This document shows positions 1 through 10,865 of a stretch of 64,000 bases of DNA, one piece after another. Both the position numbers and the translations under genes were made by a program. The stretch's first letter is position 1. Each line of letters begins with the position of its first letter. The stretch is from Alphaproteobacteria bacterium (GTDB taxonomy: Bacteria > Pseudomonadota > Alphaproteobacteria > UBA828), in the NCBI GenBank assembly GCA_963667785.2, contig CAXXMU010000001.1, positions 32,001 through 96,000 on the forward strand. Direction: 5' to 3'. The notes under the pieces were generated by a model. That model saw only the letters and a list, made by a program, of their open reading frames with translations, was not told the DNA's origin and made no database searches.

Positions 1-395
1 ACACCCTGCAATTCGAGCTGGTGGCGCCGGAGCGGCTGATCTTCTCCGGCGAGGTGGAAATGGTCGTGGTGCCGGGCGCCGAGGGCGACTTCGGCGTGCT
101 GCCGGGCCACTCGCTCCTGCTCTCCACGCTCCGGCCGGGCGTGATCGAGATCTACGAGAACGAGAAGCCGAAGGATCGCTACGTGGTGGCCGAGGGCTTC
201 GCCGAGGTGACGGGCGAGCGCTGCACGGTGCTCTCCACCGAGGCGTTCGAGACCGGCGCCATCGACCGGGCCGAGGCCGAGGCGAGGCTGGAGCGGGCGC
301 AGCTCGGCCTGCGCGACGCAGACGGCGACGAGGAGCGCGCGAAGTACGAGCGCGAGGTGGAGCTGGCCGAGCTGCTGGCCGCCAACGTCGGCTGA
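1..395 (+). CDS. atpC: F1Fo ATP synthase epsilon subunit (5' end outside window)
   Basis: Frame reads TLQFELVAPERLIFSGEVEMVVVPGAEGDFGVLPGH..., the typical epsilon N-terminal motif; open to the window edge. Confidence 0.95.
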   Translation, partial: TLQFELVAPERLIFSGEVEMVVVPGAEGDFGVLPGHSLLLSTLRPGVIEIYENEKPKDRYVVAEGFAEVTGERCTVLSTEAFETGAIDRAEAEARLERAQLGLRDADGDEERAKYEREVELAELLAANVG

Positions 396-404
396 GCCGG
401 CGCG

Positions 405-426
405 GCCGGCCGGGCATCCGGCCGGC
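405..426 (+). terminator. GC-rich hairpin after atpC (possible terminator or stabiliser, no U-tract)
   Basis: GCCGGCCGG-GCAT-CCGGCCGGC, a perfect 9-bp stem about 10 nt after the stop. Confidence 0.4.
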
Positions 427-521
427 TGCCGTGAGCGACAAAGTGCCGGCGCGATTCCGCTTCGAGCGGAATCGGTCTAGAATGCGGAGCCGTGAACTCG
501 TCGCAGAGCGGGTATCGGAAG

Positions 522-1385
522 ATGGGAACCTGGACCCTCGACGACATCCCGTGGGACCGCTTCGACCGGTCCAAGCTCGACCCCGAGATGGTCAAGGTCG
601 CCAAGGCGGCGTGCATGGTCGAGCACCACAGCGCCGACTACGGCCAGTATCTCTGCGGCGTCTTCCACGACGATCCCGCCTTCTGCGCCGATGCGCTCGC
701 CTGGGCGGAGGAGGAGGTCCAGCACGGCGCCGTGCTCAGGCGCTATGCCGAGCTCGCGGATCCCTCGTTCGAATTCGACGCCGCCTTCGCGCGCTTCGTC
801 GCCGGCCATCCCATCGACGTGGACGCCAGCGAATCGATCCGCGGCTCGCGCTGCGGCGAGCTGGTGGCGCGCTGCATCGTCGAGGTCGGCACCTCCGCCT
901 ATTACAGCGCGCTCCGCGATGCCGCCGAGGAGCCCGTCTTCAAGGCGATCTGCACGCGCATCGCCGGCGACGAGTTCCGTCACTACAAGCTCTTCTACAC
1001 CGCCATGAAGCGCTATCGGGACAGCGAGGGGCTCGGCCTGCTCGCGCGCGCCAGTGTGGCGCTCGGCCGGCTGTTCGAATCGACCGACGACGAGCTCTCC
1101 TACGCCTACCACTGCGGCGCCGGCGAGCCGGACCCCTATATCCGCCGCCGCGCGAGCCGCGCCTATGCGGCGCGCACGCTGCCGCTCTACCGGCGCGACC
1201 ACGTCCAGCGCGGCGTGGGCATGACGCTGAAGGCGATCGGCATCAAGCCGCACGGGCGGCTCGGCAGAATCGTCGAGAGCCTGGTGTGGCGCGGGTTCAG
1301 CCTCTATGCCCGCCGCCTCGCGCGGGCGATGGCGCGAGAAGCGGACGAAACTCGGCAATCACCGCTTCGTAGAGCGCCTGCTTGA
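522..1385 (+). CDS. Ferritin-like di-iron domain protein
   Basis: [12 protein letters not shown] start, two EXXH motifs (EEEVQH, DEFRH), CIVEVGTS helix; ATG 522 preferred over GTG 492. Confidence 0.8.
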   Translation: MGTWTLDDIPWDRFDRSKLDPEMVKVAKAACMVEHHSADYGQYLCGVFHDDPAFCADALAWAEEEVQHGAVLRRYAELADPSFEFDAAFARFVAGHPIDVDASESIRGSRCGELVARCIVEVGTSAYYSALRDAAEEPVFKAICTRIAGDEFRHYKLFYTAMKRYRDSEGLGLLARASVALGRLFESTDDELSYAYHCGAGEPDPYIRRRASRAYAARTLPLYRRDHVQRGVGMTLKAIGIKPHGRLGRIVESLVWRGFSLYARRLARAMAREADETRQSPLRRAPA

Positions 1386-1809
1386 ACGACACCGCGTTGA
1401 CGGCGAGCTCGTCGACGGGCGACCAGCGCCAGTCGCTGAACTCCGGGTGCGCCGTCCTGACGTCGATGTCGGCGTCGGTGCCGAGGAAGCGCGCGGCGAA
1501 CCACTTCTGCTCCTGGCCCCGGTAGCGCCCCCGCCAGACCCGGCGGACCATATTGGGCGGCAGGTCGTAGCGCAGCCACGCGCGGGTTTCCGCGAGCAGC
1601 TCCACCCGGTCAGGCGCGACGCCGGTCTCTTCCTCGAGCTCGCGCAGGGCCGCGTCGCGGGGGCTCTCGCCCCGGTCGATTCCGCCCTGCGGCATCTGCC
1701 AGGCCTCCTGCACCATGTCGATGCGCCTGCCGACGAAGACCAGTCCCCGGGCGTTGAACAGCAGCACGCCGACGCAGGGCCGGTAGGGAAGATCGTCCGG
1801 GCTCGTCAT
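1297..1809 (-). CDS. rppH: RNA pyrophosphohydrolase (Nudix)
   Basis: [17 protein letters not shown], Nudix box [20 protein letters not shown]. Confidence 0.93.
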   Translation of the reverse strand: MTSPDDLPYRPCVGVLLFNARGLVFVGRRIDMVQEAWQMPQGGIDRGESPRDAALRELEEETGVAPDRVELLAETRAWLRYDLPPNMVRRVWRGRYRGQEQKWFAARFLGTDADIDVRTAHPEFSDWRWSPVDELAVNAVSFKQALYEAVIAEFRPLLAPSPARGGGHRG

Positions 1810-1840
1810 GCCGCCGGCCGGGCAGGCCGCCGCTCCCCGC

Positions 1841-3130
1841 TCAGTTCAGGACCGCGTCGCCCGAGAGCAGGTGGAAGCCGCGCAGCAGGTCGATGGCGCG
1901 GGCGAGCTGATAGTCGTTCTCCGCCGGGTCGTCCGCCGCCTCTTCCGGCGCGGTGTCCCCGTCGGTCCCGGCGTCGTCCGGGCCGGTATTGTCGAGCTGC
2001 CCCCTCAGGTCCCCCTCGCGGTGCTCGGGCTCCGGCTCCTGCTGCGGCCGGATCCGTTCGACGACGATGTCCGGCTCGATCCCGTTCGCCTGGATGTCGC
2101 GGCCGGCCGGCGTGAAGTAGTGCGCGGTGGTGAGACGCAGCGCCCCGCGCCCGCTGGGAAGGGGGAGAACCGTCTGCACCGAGCCCTTGCCGAAGGAGCG
2201 GGTACCGAGAATGACCGCGCGCCGGTGGTCCTGCAGCGCGCCGGCGACGATCTCCGACGCCGATGCCGATCCGCCGTTGATCAGCACCACCATCGGCGCG
2301 CCGTCGATGATGTCGCCGCCCTCGGCGCTGAAGCGCTGCGCGCTGTCGGCCCGGCGCCCCCGCGTCGAGACGATCTCGCCGCGCTCCAGGAACGCATCCG
2401 AGACGGCGATCGCCTGTTCGAGGAGACCGCCCGGATTGTTCCGCAGGTCGAGCACGGCACCGAGCGCCCGATCGCCGGTCTCGTCCCACAGATCGCCGAC
2501 GATCTCCTCGAGATCGTCGGCGGTGCGCTCGGAGAACGTCGAGATCCGCGCGAGGATGACGTCGTCGTCCACCACCCGCGCGCGTACCGAACGGATCTTG
2601 ATGATCGCGCGCGTGATCGGGACCTCGAGGGCTTCATCCAGGCCGCTGCGGCGGATGGTCAGCCTGATCTCGGAATCGGCCGGGCCGCGCATCTTGTCGA
2701 CCGCCTGCTGGAGGGTGAGGCCCTGCACCGGCTCGCCGTCGAGATGGGTCACCAGGTCGCCCGGCTCGATGCCGGCGCGCTGGGCGGGCGTGTCGTCGAT
2801 CGGCGCGATCACCTTGACCAGGCCGTTCTCCATCGTCACCTCGATGCCGAGGCCGCCGAACTCACCGCGGGCCTGGACCTGGACTTCCCTGAAGCTCTTG
2901 GGATCGTGGTACTTGGAGTGCGGGTCGAGCGAGGCGATCATGCCGTCGATGGCGGCCTCGATCAGCTCCGAGGTGTCCACGTCCTCGACGTAGTCGTCGC
3001 GGATATGCTCGAGAATGTCGCCGAACAGATCGAGCTGCTCGTAGGTTTCCGCAGCCTCCTGAGCCGGTGCCAGGGCCGGGAGGCTAGCCATCATCAGGCC
3101 GGCGATGCCGGCTGCGAGAACTCGTTTCAT
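1841..3130 (-). CDS. ctpA: S41 carboxyl-terminal processing protease
   Basis: Signal peptide, [43 protein letters not shown]; start MKRVLAAG with RBS. Confidence 0.92.
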   Translation of the reverse strand: MKRVLAAGIAGLMMASLPALAPAQEAAETYEQLDLFGDILEHIRDDYVEDVDTSELIEAAIDGMIASLDPHSKYHDPKSFREVQVQARGEFGGLGIEVTMENGLVKVIAPIDDTPAQRAGIEPGDLVTHLDGEPVQGLTLQQAVDKMRGPADSEIRLTIRRSGLDEALEVPITRAIIKIRSVRARVVDDDVILARISTFSERTADDLEEIVGDLWDETGDRALGAVLDLRNNPGGLLEQAIAVSDAFLERGEIVSTRGRRADSAQRFSAEGGDIIDGAPMVVLINGGSASASEIVAGALQDHRRAVILGTRSFGKGSVQTVLPLPSGRGALRLTTAHYFTPAGRDIQANGIEPDIVVERIRPQQEPEPEHREGDLRGQLDNTGPDDAGTDGDTAPEEAADDPAENDYQLARAIDLLRGFHLLSGDAVLN

Positions 3131-3275
3131 CCTGTCCTTCGACCGTAGCGCCGGCTGTCCGCTGTCAGCGCGGACCATGATATCTCTCGCCGACGAAGTT
3201 GATCAACCAGCGCGTCCCTGCAGCGCCGTATCCGCTGCAGCATCTGCACGCGCTTCTGCCCGAGCCGGTCCGCCC

Positions 3276-3803
3276 TCATTCCCGCTGCGGGGCAGGGGGC
3301 AGCGGCTCGACGACCTGCGTCGCCGCCACCGCTGCGAGCAGGGCCGTGGCCGTGGCGCCCGATTCGGGATGGCGCCAGTCGGGGGCGACCTCGAGGAGGG
3401 GGGCCAGCACGAACGCCCGCTCGCCGAGCCGCGGGTGGGGGAGGACGAGCGCCGGCCCGTCCCGGTCGCCGTCGCGCCGGACGATGCGGCCGTCATAGTC
3501 GAGCAGGTCGAGATCGAGCGGCCGCGCAGCGCCGTCCACGCCGCGCCGGCGCCCGAATTCGGCTTCGACCTCGAGCAGGCGCGCCATGAGGGCGACGGGG
3601 GAGAGCGTCGTCTCGACCCTGATCACGCCATTGACGAACCAGGGTCCGTCTGCAGGCGGGAGCGGCGCGCTGCGATACCAGCGCGACCGTGCCGCGACCT
3701 GCAAGCGAGCGTCACCGAGCGCGTCGAGCGCGGCATCGAGCCCCTGGGCGGGCGCGCCGAAGCGCGCGGTCGGGAGATTCGCACCGAGCGCGATCAGGAT
3801 CAT
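3276..3803 (-). CDS. folK: 2-amino-4-hydroxy-6-hydroxymethyldihydropteridine diphosphokinase
   Basis: IALGANL, FVNGV, RPLDLDLL, LPHPR..ERAFVLAPL. Confidence 0.93.
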   Translation of the reverse strand: MILIALGANLPTARFGAPAQGLDAALDALGDARLQVAARSRWYRSAPLPPADGPWFVNGVIRVETTLSPVALMARLLEVEAEFGRRRGVDGAARPLDLDLLDYDGRIVRRDGDRDGPALVLPHPRLGERAFVLAPLLEVAPDWRHPESGATATALLAAVAATQVVEPLPPAPQRE

Positions 3804-3963
3804 CGCAGCGATAAGCGCTCTTGCACTTGTTCCCGTCTCCGGTAAGTCCTAGTTATAGGGTCGGGGCATGAAGCTTCGGCATGGTGGACCATCGGCGCGG
3901 AGATTGCTCCACGCCGTCCCTGCCCGGCATTCTGCCTGATCGAACGAGGAAGGATAGAGCTGC

Positions 3964-4614
3964 ATGGACTTCAATTCGCAAGAGCGAATCGGCCTCTTCA
4001 TCGACGGCGCGAATTTGTATGCCGCCGCGCGTTCGCTCGGTTTCGACATAGACTACAAGCGCTTGCGCGAGGAATTCGCGGACAAGGGCCGCCTCATCCG
4101 CGCCCTCTATTACACCGCTCTCGTCGAGGACCAGGAGTATTCGCCCATCCGGCCGCTGGTCGACTGGCTCGACTACAACGGCTACACGCTGGTCACGAAG
4201 CCGACCAAGGAGTTCACCGATTCCATGGGCCGGCGCAAGGTCAAGGGCGACATGGACATCGAGATCGCCGTCGACATGATGATCATGGCGGAGGCGCTCG
4301 ACCATATCGTGCTGTTTTCCGGCGACGGCGATTTTCGCCGGGTGGTCGAGGCGGTGCAGCACCGGGGCGTGCGGGTATCCGTGGTCAGCACCCTTCGCTC
4401 CCAGCCGCCCATGATCGCCGACGAGCTGCGCCGCCAGGCCGACAGCTTCATCGAGCTGCAGGAGCTCGAGCCCCTGATCGCGCGCGAGCCCAAGTGGCGC
4501 AACGAGCGTCCCCGCGCCGTGAGGGAGCCGATGGACGGCGAGTACGACGAGTACGAGGACGACGGCGACGGTGACGGGGGCGAGATGGTCGACGAGGTGT
4601 CGCACTCGGCGTGA
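3964..4614 (+). CDS. NYN/LabA (DUF88) domain protein
   Basis: FIDGANLY, KGDMDIEIAVD, LFSGDGDF, ELRRQAD; conserved position between folK and UDG in alphaproteobacteria. Confidence 0.9.
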   Translation: MDFNSQERIGLFIDGANLYAAARSLGFDIDYKRLREEFADKGRLIRALYYTALVEDQEYSPIRPLVDWLDYNGYTLVTKPTKEFTDSMGRRKVKGDMDIEIAVDMMIMAEALDHIVLFSGDGDFRRVVEAVQHRGVRVSVVSTLRSQPPMIADELRRQADSFIELQELEPLIAREPKWRNERPRAVREPMDGEYDEYEDDGDGDGGEMVDEVSHSA

Positions 4615-5282
4615 GCCCACCGGTGTCCGCTCCGTCCGCGCCGGCCGTACCGGATCGGGACTGCGGCGGCTGCCCCAGGCTCGTCGCCTATCGCGAGGAA
4701 TGGCGCGCTGCCGAGCCCGGCTGGCACAACGCGCCGGTGCAGAGCTTCGGCGGCCTCGATGCGCGGCTCCTGATCGTCGGCCTCGCCCCCGGTCTGCGCG
4801 GGGCCAACCGCAGCGGCCGGCCCTTCACCGGCGACCATGCCGGCGACCTGCTCTATGCGACTCTCGGCGATTGCGGCTTCGCCGCCGGCACCTATGGCGC
4901 CCGGCCGGAAGACGGCCTCGCTCTCCGCGATTGCCGGATCACCAACGCGGTGCGCTGCGTTCCGCCCAAGAACAAGCCGACGGCGGCCGAGATCGCGGCC
5001 TGCCGCGACTTTCTCGCCGCCGAGATCGCCGCCATGACGAGGCTTCGCGCGATCCTCGCGCTGGGCCAGGTCGCCCACGGCGCGGTGCTCAGGGCGCTGG
5101 GGCGACGGGCCGGCGCCTGCCGCTTCGCCCACGGCGCGGTCCATCGCCTCGACGCAGCCCGCCTGCTGGTCGACAGTTACCACTGCTCGCGGCTGAACAC
5201 GAACACGGGCCGTCTGACGCCCGCGATGTTCGCCGACGTGTTCCGTACCATCCGGGAGGCGCTCGACGCCCCGTCTGTCTGA
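4611..5282 (+). CDS. Uracil-DNA glycosylase (family 5, Fe-S type)
   Basis: CGGCPRL, GLAPGLRGANRSGRPFTGD, NAVRCVPP, SYHCSRLN. Confidence 0.9.
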   Translation: MSPPVSAPSAPAVPDRDCGGCPRLVAYREEWRAAEPGWHNAPVQSFGGLDARLLIVGLAPGLRGANRSGRPFTGDHAGDLLYATLGDCGFAAGTYGARPEDGLALRDCRITNAVRCVPPKNKPTAAEIAACRDFLAAEIAAMTRLRAILALGQVAHGAVLRALGRRAGACRFAHGAVHRLDAARLLVDSYHCSRLNTNTGRLTPAMFADVFRTIREALDAPSV

Positions 5283-5301
5283 CCGCCTGACCGGGAGGGG
5301 G

Positions 5302-5778
5302 CTACCCGCGCTCGCGCACCAGCCGCGCCTTCTGACGCTGCCAGTCGCGCTGCTTCTCAGCCTGACGCTTGTCGTACTGGCGCTTGCCTGACGCCATGGC
5401 GAGCGAGAGCTTGGCGATCCCGCGCGCGTTGAAATAGAGGGTGAGCGGCACCAGCGTCACGCCGCCGCGCCTGAGCGCGCCCACGAGCTTGCGGATCTCG
5501 CGCTTGTGCAGCAGCAGCTTTCGCGGCCTGAGCGGATCGTGGTTGAAGGGGCCGGCGCCGTCGTACTGCGAGATGTGCGCGTTCAGCAGATACACCTCGC
5601 CGCCGCGCTCGACGGCGTACGCATCGTTGATATTGGCGCGGCCGGCGCGCAGCGACTTGACCTCGGTGCCGGTGAGCCGGATGCCGACCTCGAAGGGGCG
5701 CTCCAGATGGTAGTCGCGCCGCGCCTTGCGATTCTGCGCGATGCGCTTGCCGCCGGGGGCGGCGGCCTTTCCGCTCAC
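5302..5778 (-). CDS. smpB: SsrA-binding protein
   Basis: NRKARRDY, LTGTEVKSLR, RKLLLHKREI, GKRQYDKR. Confidence 0.96.
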   Translation of the reverse strand: MSGKAAAPGGKRIAQNRKARRDYHLERPFEVGIRLTGTEVKSLRAGRANINDAYAVERGGEVYLLNAHISQYDGAGPFNHDPLRPRKLLLHKREIRKLVGALRRGGVTLVPLTLYFNARGIAKLSLAMASGKRQYDKRQAEKQRDWQRQKARLVRERG

Positions 5779-5809
5779 CGCGCGGGCCGTCGCCGGTCCG
5801 GCGCCCGGC

Positions 5810-6685
5810 TCAGTTGAGGAGGCCGACCTGGCGCATCGCCGCCTCGATCCGCGTGCAGTTGTTCTCGCTCGGGGGCGTCAGCGGCAGCCGCACCTCCGGC
5901 GCGCACTTGCCGAGCAGCGACGCGGCGTACTTGACCGGGATCGGGTTGCTCTCGACGAAGAGCGCGTCGTGCAGCGGCATCAGCCTCGTGTGCCGGTCGA
6001 GCGCGCCGGCGGCATCGCCGTCCGCCCACGCGGCGAAGAAGCCCGCGCACTGGCGCGGCGCCACGTTCGCGGTCACCGAGATGCAGCCGTCGCCCCCCTG
6101 CGCCAGGAAGCCCAGGATGGTGCCGTCCTCGCCCGAGAGCTGGCAGAACTCCTCGCCGATGGCCGTCCTCGTGCGGGTGGGCCTGCCGACGTCGGCGGTG
6201 GCGTCCTTGACGCCGACGACGTTGGGGAGCTCGGCGCAGCGCGCCATCGTCTCCACCGACATGTCGACGACGCTGCGCCCGGGGATGTTGTAGATGATCT
6301 GCGGGATGTCCACGGCGTCGTTGACGGCCTTGTAGTGGGCGTACATGCCCTCTTGCGTCGGCTTGTTGTAATAGGGCATGACCAGCAGCGCGCCGTCTGC
6401 GCCGGAGTCTTTGGCGTGGCGGGTCAGGCTGATCGCCTCCTCGGTCGAGTTCGAGCCCGTGCCGGCCACGACCGGAACCCGCCCCGCAGTGACCTCGATG
6501 CAGATCTCGGTCACCCGGTGGTGTTCCTCGTGGCTGAGGGTCGGCGATTCACCCGTGGTGCCGCAGGGCACGAGCCCGGCGGCGCCCTCCTCGATTTGCC
6601 ACTCGACGAAGTCACGGTATGCGTCCTCATCCACCTTGCCATCGCGGAACGGCGTGATCAGGGCAGTCAGATATCCACGGAACAT
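5810..6685 (-). CDS. dapA: 4-hydroxy-tetrahydrodipicolinate synthase
   Basis: [40 protein letters not shown]; start MFRG at 6685. Confidence 0.95.
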   Translation of the reverse strand: MFRGYLTALITPFRDGKVDEDAYRDFVEWQIEEGAAGLVPCGTTGESPTLSHEEHHRVTEICIEVTAGRVPVVAGTGSNSTEEAISLTRHAKDSGADGALLVMPYYNKPTQEGMYAHYKAVNDAVDIPQIIYNIPGRSVVDMSVETMARCAELPNVVGVKDATADVGRPTRTRTAIGEEFCQLSGEDGTILGFLAQGGDGCISVTANVAPRQCAGFFAAWADGDAAGALDRHTRLMPLHDALFVESNPIPVKYAASLLGKCAPEVRLPLTPPSENNCTRIEAAMRQVGLLN

Positions 6686-6740
6686 GCCACGCTCCCACGG
6701 TCGTGCATTGCCTCGTGAGCGAGAATAGGTTGGCATCATA

Positions 6741-8966
6741 ATGGGAACAAGGCCGCGACGAGAGCAGGCCCTGCCGGGCCGCGTCCGCGGGGTGGCGTTT
6801 GCCGTGCTGGTGGCGATCGTCTGCGCCGTCGCAAGCGTCCCCGCCCGTGCGGATGCCGGGCCGCCGCTGCCGCCGCCGGTTTCGCAGGTGGACATCGCCT
6901 TCTACGTGGAGGCCTTCAGGGCGGCGAAGAACGACAACTGGCGCCGGGCCCACCGGCTCGCCGCGAAGGCCCTCGACCCGCTCGGCGCGACGATCCTGCG
7001 CTGGTGGGACTACAGCCGTCCGCAAACGCGCGCCTCGTTCACCGAGATCGCGCGGTTCATCGACGAGCATCCGGACTGGCCGTCTCCCGACGCGTTGCAG
7101 GCCAATGCCGAGAAGGCGATGACGGCGGGCGTTTCCGACGAGGAGGTGCTTGCCTGGTACCGCTGGCGCGATCCGGTCAGCAGCCGGGGCCGCCTGCGCT
7201 TCGCCGATGCCCTGCTCGGGGTCGGCGCGAGGGATCGCGCGGTGGCGCTCGTCCGCGCCGCGTGGATCGAGGGTTCGTTCACCGGGCGCGAACTGCGCGA
7301 GGCCTATCGCCGCTATCGCTCGATGCTGCGGCCGGAGGACCATGTCGCCCGCCTCGACCGCCTGGTGTGGAGCAATCAGCGGAGCGCCGCGCGCCGCACG
7401 TTCCGCTACGTCGACGAGGGCCAGCAGCGACTGGCGCAGGCGCGGCTCGCGCTGCGCGCGCGCGCCGGCGGCGTGGACTGGGCGATCGCGCAGGTGCCGG
7501 AGGCGCTTCGCGACGATGCCGGGCTCGTCTACGAGCGGCTGCGCTGGCGGCGCGCGAAGGGGCGCGACGAGCATGCCCGCGCGCTCCTGCAGGAGCTTCC
7601 CGAGCGCCTCGGCCCCCGCCCCAAGCTCTGGTGGCACGAGCGGGCGATCCTGGCGCGCCGCGCGCTCGAGGACGGCCTGAGCGCCGAGGCCTACGCGCTC
7701 GCCGCCGGTCACCGGCAGACATCGACCTCCTCCTTCTCCGCCGCCGAGTGGCTGGCCGGGTGGATCGCTCTCCGCTTCCTCGACGATGCGCCGCGCGCCT
7801 TCTCCCACTTCCTCCGCATGCACGACGCGGTGTCCATGCCGATCAGCCGGGCGCGCGCGGCCTATTGGGCGGGCCGGGCGGCCGATGCGCAGGGCGATGC
7901 GGTGGGCGCGGCTTTCTGGTACGACACGGCCGCCGCCTATCCGGGCACCTTCTACGGCCAGCTCGCCGTCGGCCGCATCGCCGCGCCGGACGCGCCGCTG
8001 ATCGCCGCCCGCGAGGACCCGGGCGAGGCGACGCTCGACGGCCACGCCCTGGTCGCCGCCGTCCGCATCCTCGAGTTTCTCGGCCGCGACGAGCTGCTCG
8101 CGCCGTTCTTCAACCGCCTTAGCGCGCTCGCCCGCAACGAGGCGGACCACGGCCTGATATCGGCGCTCGCGCACTCGATCGGACGGGCCGACCAGGCGAT
8201 TCGCTCCGCCCAGCGGGCCGCGCGGAACGGCTATGTCTCGGTGGGCCGCCTGTTCCCCCTGGTGGACGTGCCGTTCGCGCAGGACGACGCCTCTCTCGAG
8301 CACGCGCTGGTGCTTGCGCTGATCAGGCAAGAGAGCCGCTTCGACCGAAAGGCGCGGAGCGCTTCCGGCGCACTCGGCCTGATGCAGCTCATGCCGCGCA
8401 CCGCGCGCGACCTCGCCCGCCAGATGGGCGTGAGCGATTCCCGCACCCGGCTCACGACCAGTCGCGCCCACAACGTCGCGCTCGGCAGTCGCTATCTCCG
8501 CGACCTGGTGGCGCGCTTCGACGGCTCGTACCTGCTGGCGATCGCCGCCTACAATGGCGGGCCGCGAAACGTGCGCCGCTGGATCGCGGCCAACGGCGAC
8601 CCCCGCCAAGACCCGGACGTGGACGTGATCGACTGGATCGAGATGATCCCCCTCTCGGAGACGCGAAACTACGTGCAGCGGGTCCTCGAGGGGACTCAGG
8701 TCTATCGCTGGCAGCTCGGCGCGCGACCGACGGCGTCGAGTCTGGAGCACGATCTCGCGCGCGGCATGTCCGCCCGGTCGCTGGCGGCCCGCTGCGGGCA
8801 GGAGAGTGACGCCGCGCGCCATGGCCGGGCCGACTTCCGGGCGCTGTGCCGGCCGGCGCGGGGACGCATCGGCGACGCCGTCGCGCCTGCGGACCGTCCG
8901 GCGCCTGCCGGGAAGCGGCGCGCGGACCGGGGCCGGCTCTGGGGCCGGAGCCGGTTGCGCCCGTGA
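6741..8966 (+). CDS. Soluble lytic murein transglycosylase (Slt70-like)
   Basis: [33 protein letters not shown]; divergent from dapA as usual. Confidence 0.9.
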   Translation: MGTRPRREQALPGRVRGVAFAVLVAIVCAVASVPARADAGPPLPPPVSQVDIAFYVEAFRAAKNDNWRRAHRLAAKALDPLGATILRWWDYSRPQTRASFTEIARFIDEHPDWPSPDALQANAEKAMTAGVSDEEVLAWYRWRDPVSSRGRLRFADALLGVGARDRAVALVRAAWIEGSFTGRELREAYRRYRSMLRPEDHVARLDRLVWSNQRSAARRTFRYVDEGQQRLAQARLALRARAGGVDWAIAQVPEALRDDAGLVYERLRWRRAKGRDEHARALLQELPERLGPRPKLWWHERAILARRALEDGLSAEAYALAAGHRQTSTSSFSAAEWLAGWIALRFLDDAPRAFSHFLRMHDAVSMPISRARAAYWAGRAADAQGDAVGAAFWYDTAAAYPGTFYGQLAVGRIAAPDAPLIAAREDPGEATLDGHALVAAVRILEFLGRDELLAPFFNRLSALARNEADHGLISALAHSIGRADQAIRSAQRAARNGYVSVGRLFPLVDVPFAQDDASLEHALVLALIRQESRFDRKARSASGALGLMQLMPRTARDLARQMGVSDSRTRLTTSRAHNVALGSRYLRDLVARFDGSYLLAIAAYNGGPRNVRRWIAANGDPRQDPDVDVIDWIEMIPLSETRNYVQRVLEGTQVYRWQLGARPTASSLEHDLARGMSARSLAARCGQESDAARHGRADFRALCRPARGRIGDAVAPADRPAPAGKRRADRGRLWGRSRLRP

Positions 8967-10003
8967 GCGGCGAGCGCGACGACGCGCCCGCAGCGGACGC
9001 GCCGGGCCCGCTGCCCACGCCGGCCGATGTGCGCGCGGCCGCAGGGCGGCTGGCGGGGCAGGCCGTCGAGACGCCGCTCCTGCGCGCGGATGCCCTCGAC
9101 GAGCTGATCGGCGGGCGGCTGCTGCTCAAGGCCGAGCCGCTCCAGCGCACCGGCTCGTTCAAGTTCCGCGGCGCCTACAACCGTCTGTCGCAGCTCCCCG
9201 CCGGCGCCGGCGAGGGCGGGGTGGTGGCGTACTCCTCGGGCAACCACGCCCAGGCCGTCGCGGCTGCCGCCAGGCTCGTCGGCGTGCCGGCGGTCATCGT
9301 CATGCCGAGGGACGCGCCCGAGGTGAAGATCGCGGGCACGCGCCGCCATGGCGCGGAGGTCGTGCTTTACGACCGCTCCAGCCAGGCGCGCGAGGCGCTG
9401 GGCGCGCGCATCGCGGCCGAACGCGGTGCCGTGCTGGTCAAGCCCTACGACGACTTCCACGTCATCGCCGGCCAGGGGACGGTCGGGCACGAGATCGTGC
9501 GCCAGTGCGAGGCCCTCGGCTGCCTGCCCGATGCGGTCGTCGTGCCGGCCGGCGGCGGCGGCCTGATGGCCGGCACCGGACTCGCCATCGCCGACGCGTG
9601 GCCGGGGACCCGCCTTCACACCGCGGAACCCGACGGCTACCATGACCACGCGATGTCGCTCGAACATGGCCGCCGCGTCGGCGTGCCCGGCGCGCAGGCC
9701 GGTAGCTTCTGCGACGCGCTTCTCGCCCCGATTCCGGGCGAGCTCACCTTCGCGATCAACGCCGGGCGCGTGCACAGCGGCGTCGCCGTGAGCGACCGCG
9801 AGGTCGGCGCCGCCATGCGCGCGGCTTTCGCCCATCTCAAGCTCGTCGTCGAGCCGGGGGGCGCCGTGGCGCTGGCGGCGCTGCTCGCGGGCAGGGTCGA
9901 GACGGCGGGGCGCACCGTGCTCGCGGTCCTCTCCGGCGGCAATGTCGACCCCGCCACCTTCGGCGCGGTGCTCGATCGGAGCGACGTTCCAGGTGCGGGC
10001 TAG
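8963..10003 (+). CDS. Threonine/serine dehydratase family PLP enzyme
   Basis: LQRTGSFKFRGA, SSGNHAQ, GQGT, GGGGL, VEPGGA, LSGGN; GTG overlapping the slt stop. Confidence 0.88.
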   Translation: MSGERDDAPAADAPGPLPTPADVRAAAGRLAGQAVETPLLRADALDELIGGRLLLKAEPLQRTGSFKFRGAYNRLSQLPAGAGEGGVVAYSSGNHAQAVAAAARLVGVPAVIVMPRDAPEVKIAGTRRHGAEVVLYDRSSQAREALGARIAAERGAVLVKPYDDFHVIAGQGTVGHEIVRQCEALGCLPDAVVVPAGGGGLMAGTGLAIADAWPGTRLHTAEPDGYHDHAMSLEHGRRVGVPGAQAGSFCDALLAPIPGELTFAINAGRVHSGVAVSDREVGAAMRAAFAHLKLVVEPGGAVALAALLAGRVETAGRTVLAVLSGGNVDPATFGAVLDRSDVPGAG

Positions 10004-10847
10004 CCGCCGGCGGTCGCGGGGCCTGCGTGGCCGGCTCGCGGCGGCGGTGGCCGCGCTCCTCCTCGCGCTTCCGTTGCTCTCGGGCTGTGCGGTGCTCGAC
10101 CGGATGAACCGGGGAGCCCCCCCGGCGCTCGACGGGGCGCCGCCCATCGAGAGCCGCGGCGCCGACTGGCCGGTGCTGCCGCGCGAGGGCGGCGAGGATG
10201 GCTATGACGACCCCTTCGAGGGGATAAACCGCGTCTTCTTCTACTTCAACGGCGCGCTGGACTTCCTCTTCTTCGACCCCCTCGCCCGGTTCTATCGCGG
10301 CATGATGCCGACCGACGCGCGGCATGCGATCAGCCGCGCCTTCACCAACCTGACGGAGCCGGTCGTCGCGGCGAACCACCTGCTGCAGTCCGATGGCGAG
10401 CGCGCCGCCACGAGCGTCGGGCGCTTCCTGGTCAACAGCACTCTCGGCGTGGCGGGGCTCTTCGACGTCGCGACCGACTTCGGCCTGGAGGCGGACGACA
10501 CGGACTTCGGCCAGACCCTCCACCACTACGGGATCGCCGACGGTCCCTATCTCGTGCTGCCTGTCTTCGGCTCCTACACGGCGCGCGACGCCGCGGGCCT
10601 GGGCGTCGATGCCCTGCTCGATGCGCGCCCCTACGTGCTCGATCCCGCCCCCCTCGTCACGCTTTTCGCTGGCGAGGGCGTGGTGCGCCGCGAGGAGCTG
10701 ATCGACCCGATCGATTACCTGATCGAGTATGCCGTCGATCACTACGAGGCGGTGCGCGCCTGGGAGTATCAGCAGCGCCAGCGCGAGCTCACCGGCGGCT
10801 GCACGGAGCCCAAATACGTGATCTGCCCCGGCTACGCCGGGGAGTGA
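9993..10847 (+). CDS. MlaA/VacJ family lipoprotein
   Basis: Lipobox LLSGC, DPFEGINR, RFLVNSTLGVAG, DFGQTL, GPYLVLPVFG; start approximate. Confidence 0.85.
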   Translation: MRASRRRSRGLRGRLAAAVAALLLALPLLSGCAVLDRMNRGAPPALDGAPPIESRGADWPVLPREGGEDGYDDPFEGINRVFFYFNGALDFLFFDPLARFYRGMMPTDARHAISRAFTNLTEPVVAANHLLQSDGERAATSVGRFLVNSTLGVAGLFDVATDFGLEADDTDFGQTLHHYGIADGPYLVLPVFGSYTARDAAGLGVDALLDARPYVLDPAPLVTLFAGEGVVRREELIDPIDYLIEYAVDHYEAVRAWEYQQRQRELTGGCTEPKYVICPGYAGE

Positions 10848-10865
10848 GCCGCCGCGCCGGGCGGA

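Noticed and set aside
3964-5282. NYN nuclease + UDG as a defence system
   Set aside because: This is the conserved alphaproteobacterial housekeeping neighbourhood folK-NYN-udg-smpB-dapA-slt
5283-5810. tmRNA (ssrA) or island attachment site beside smpB
   Set aside because: Flanking intergenic spaces are only about 20-30 bp; no tRNA-like ends seen
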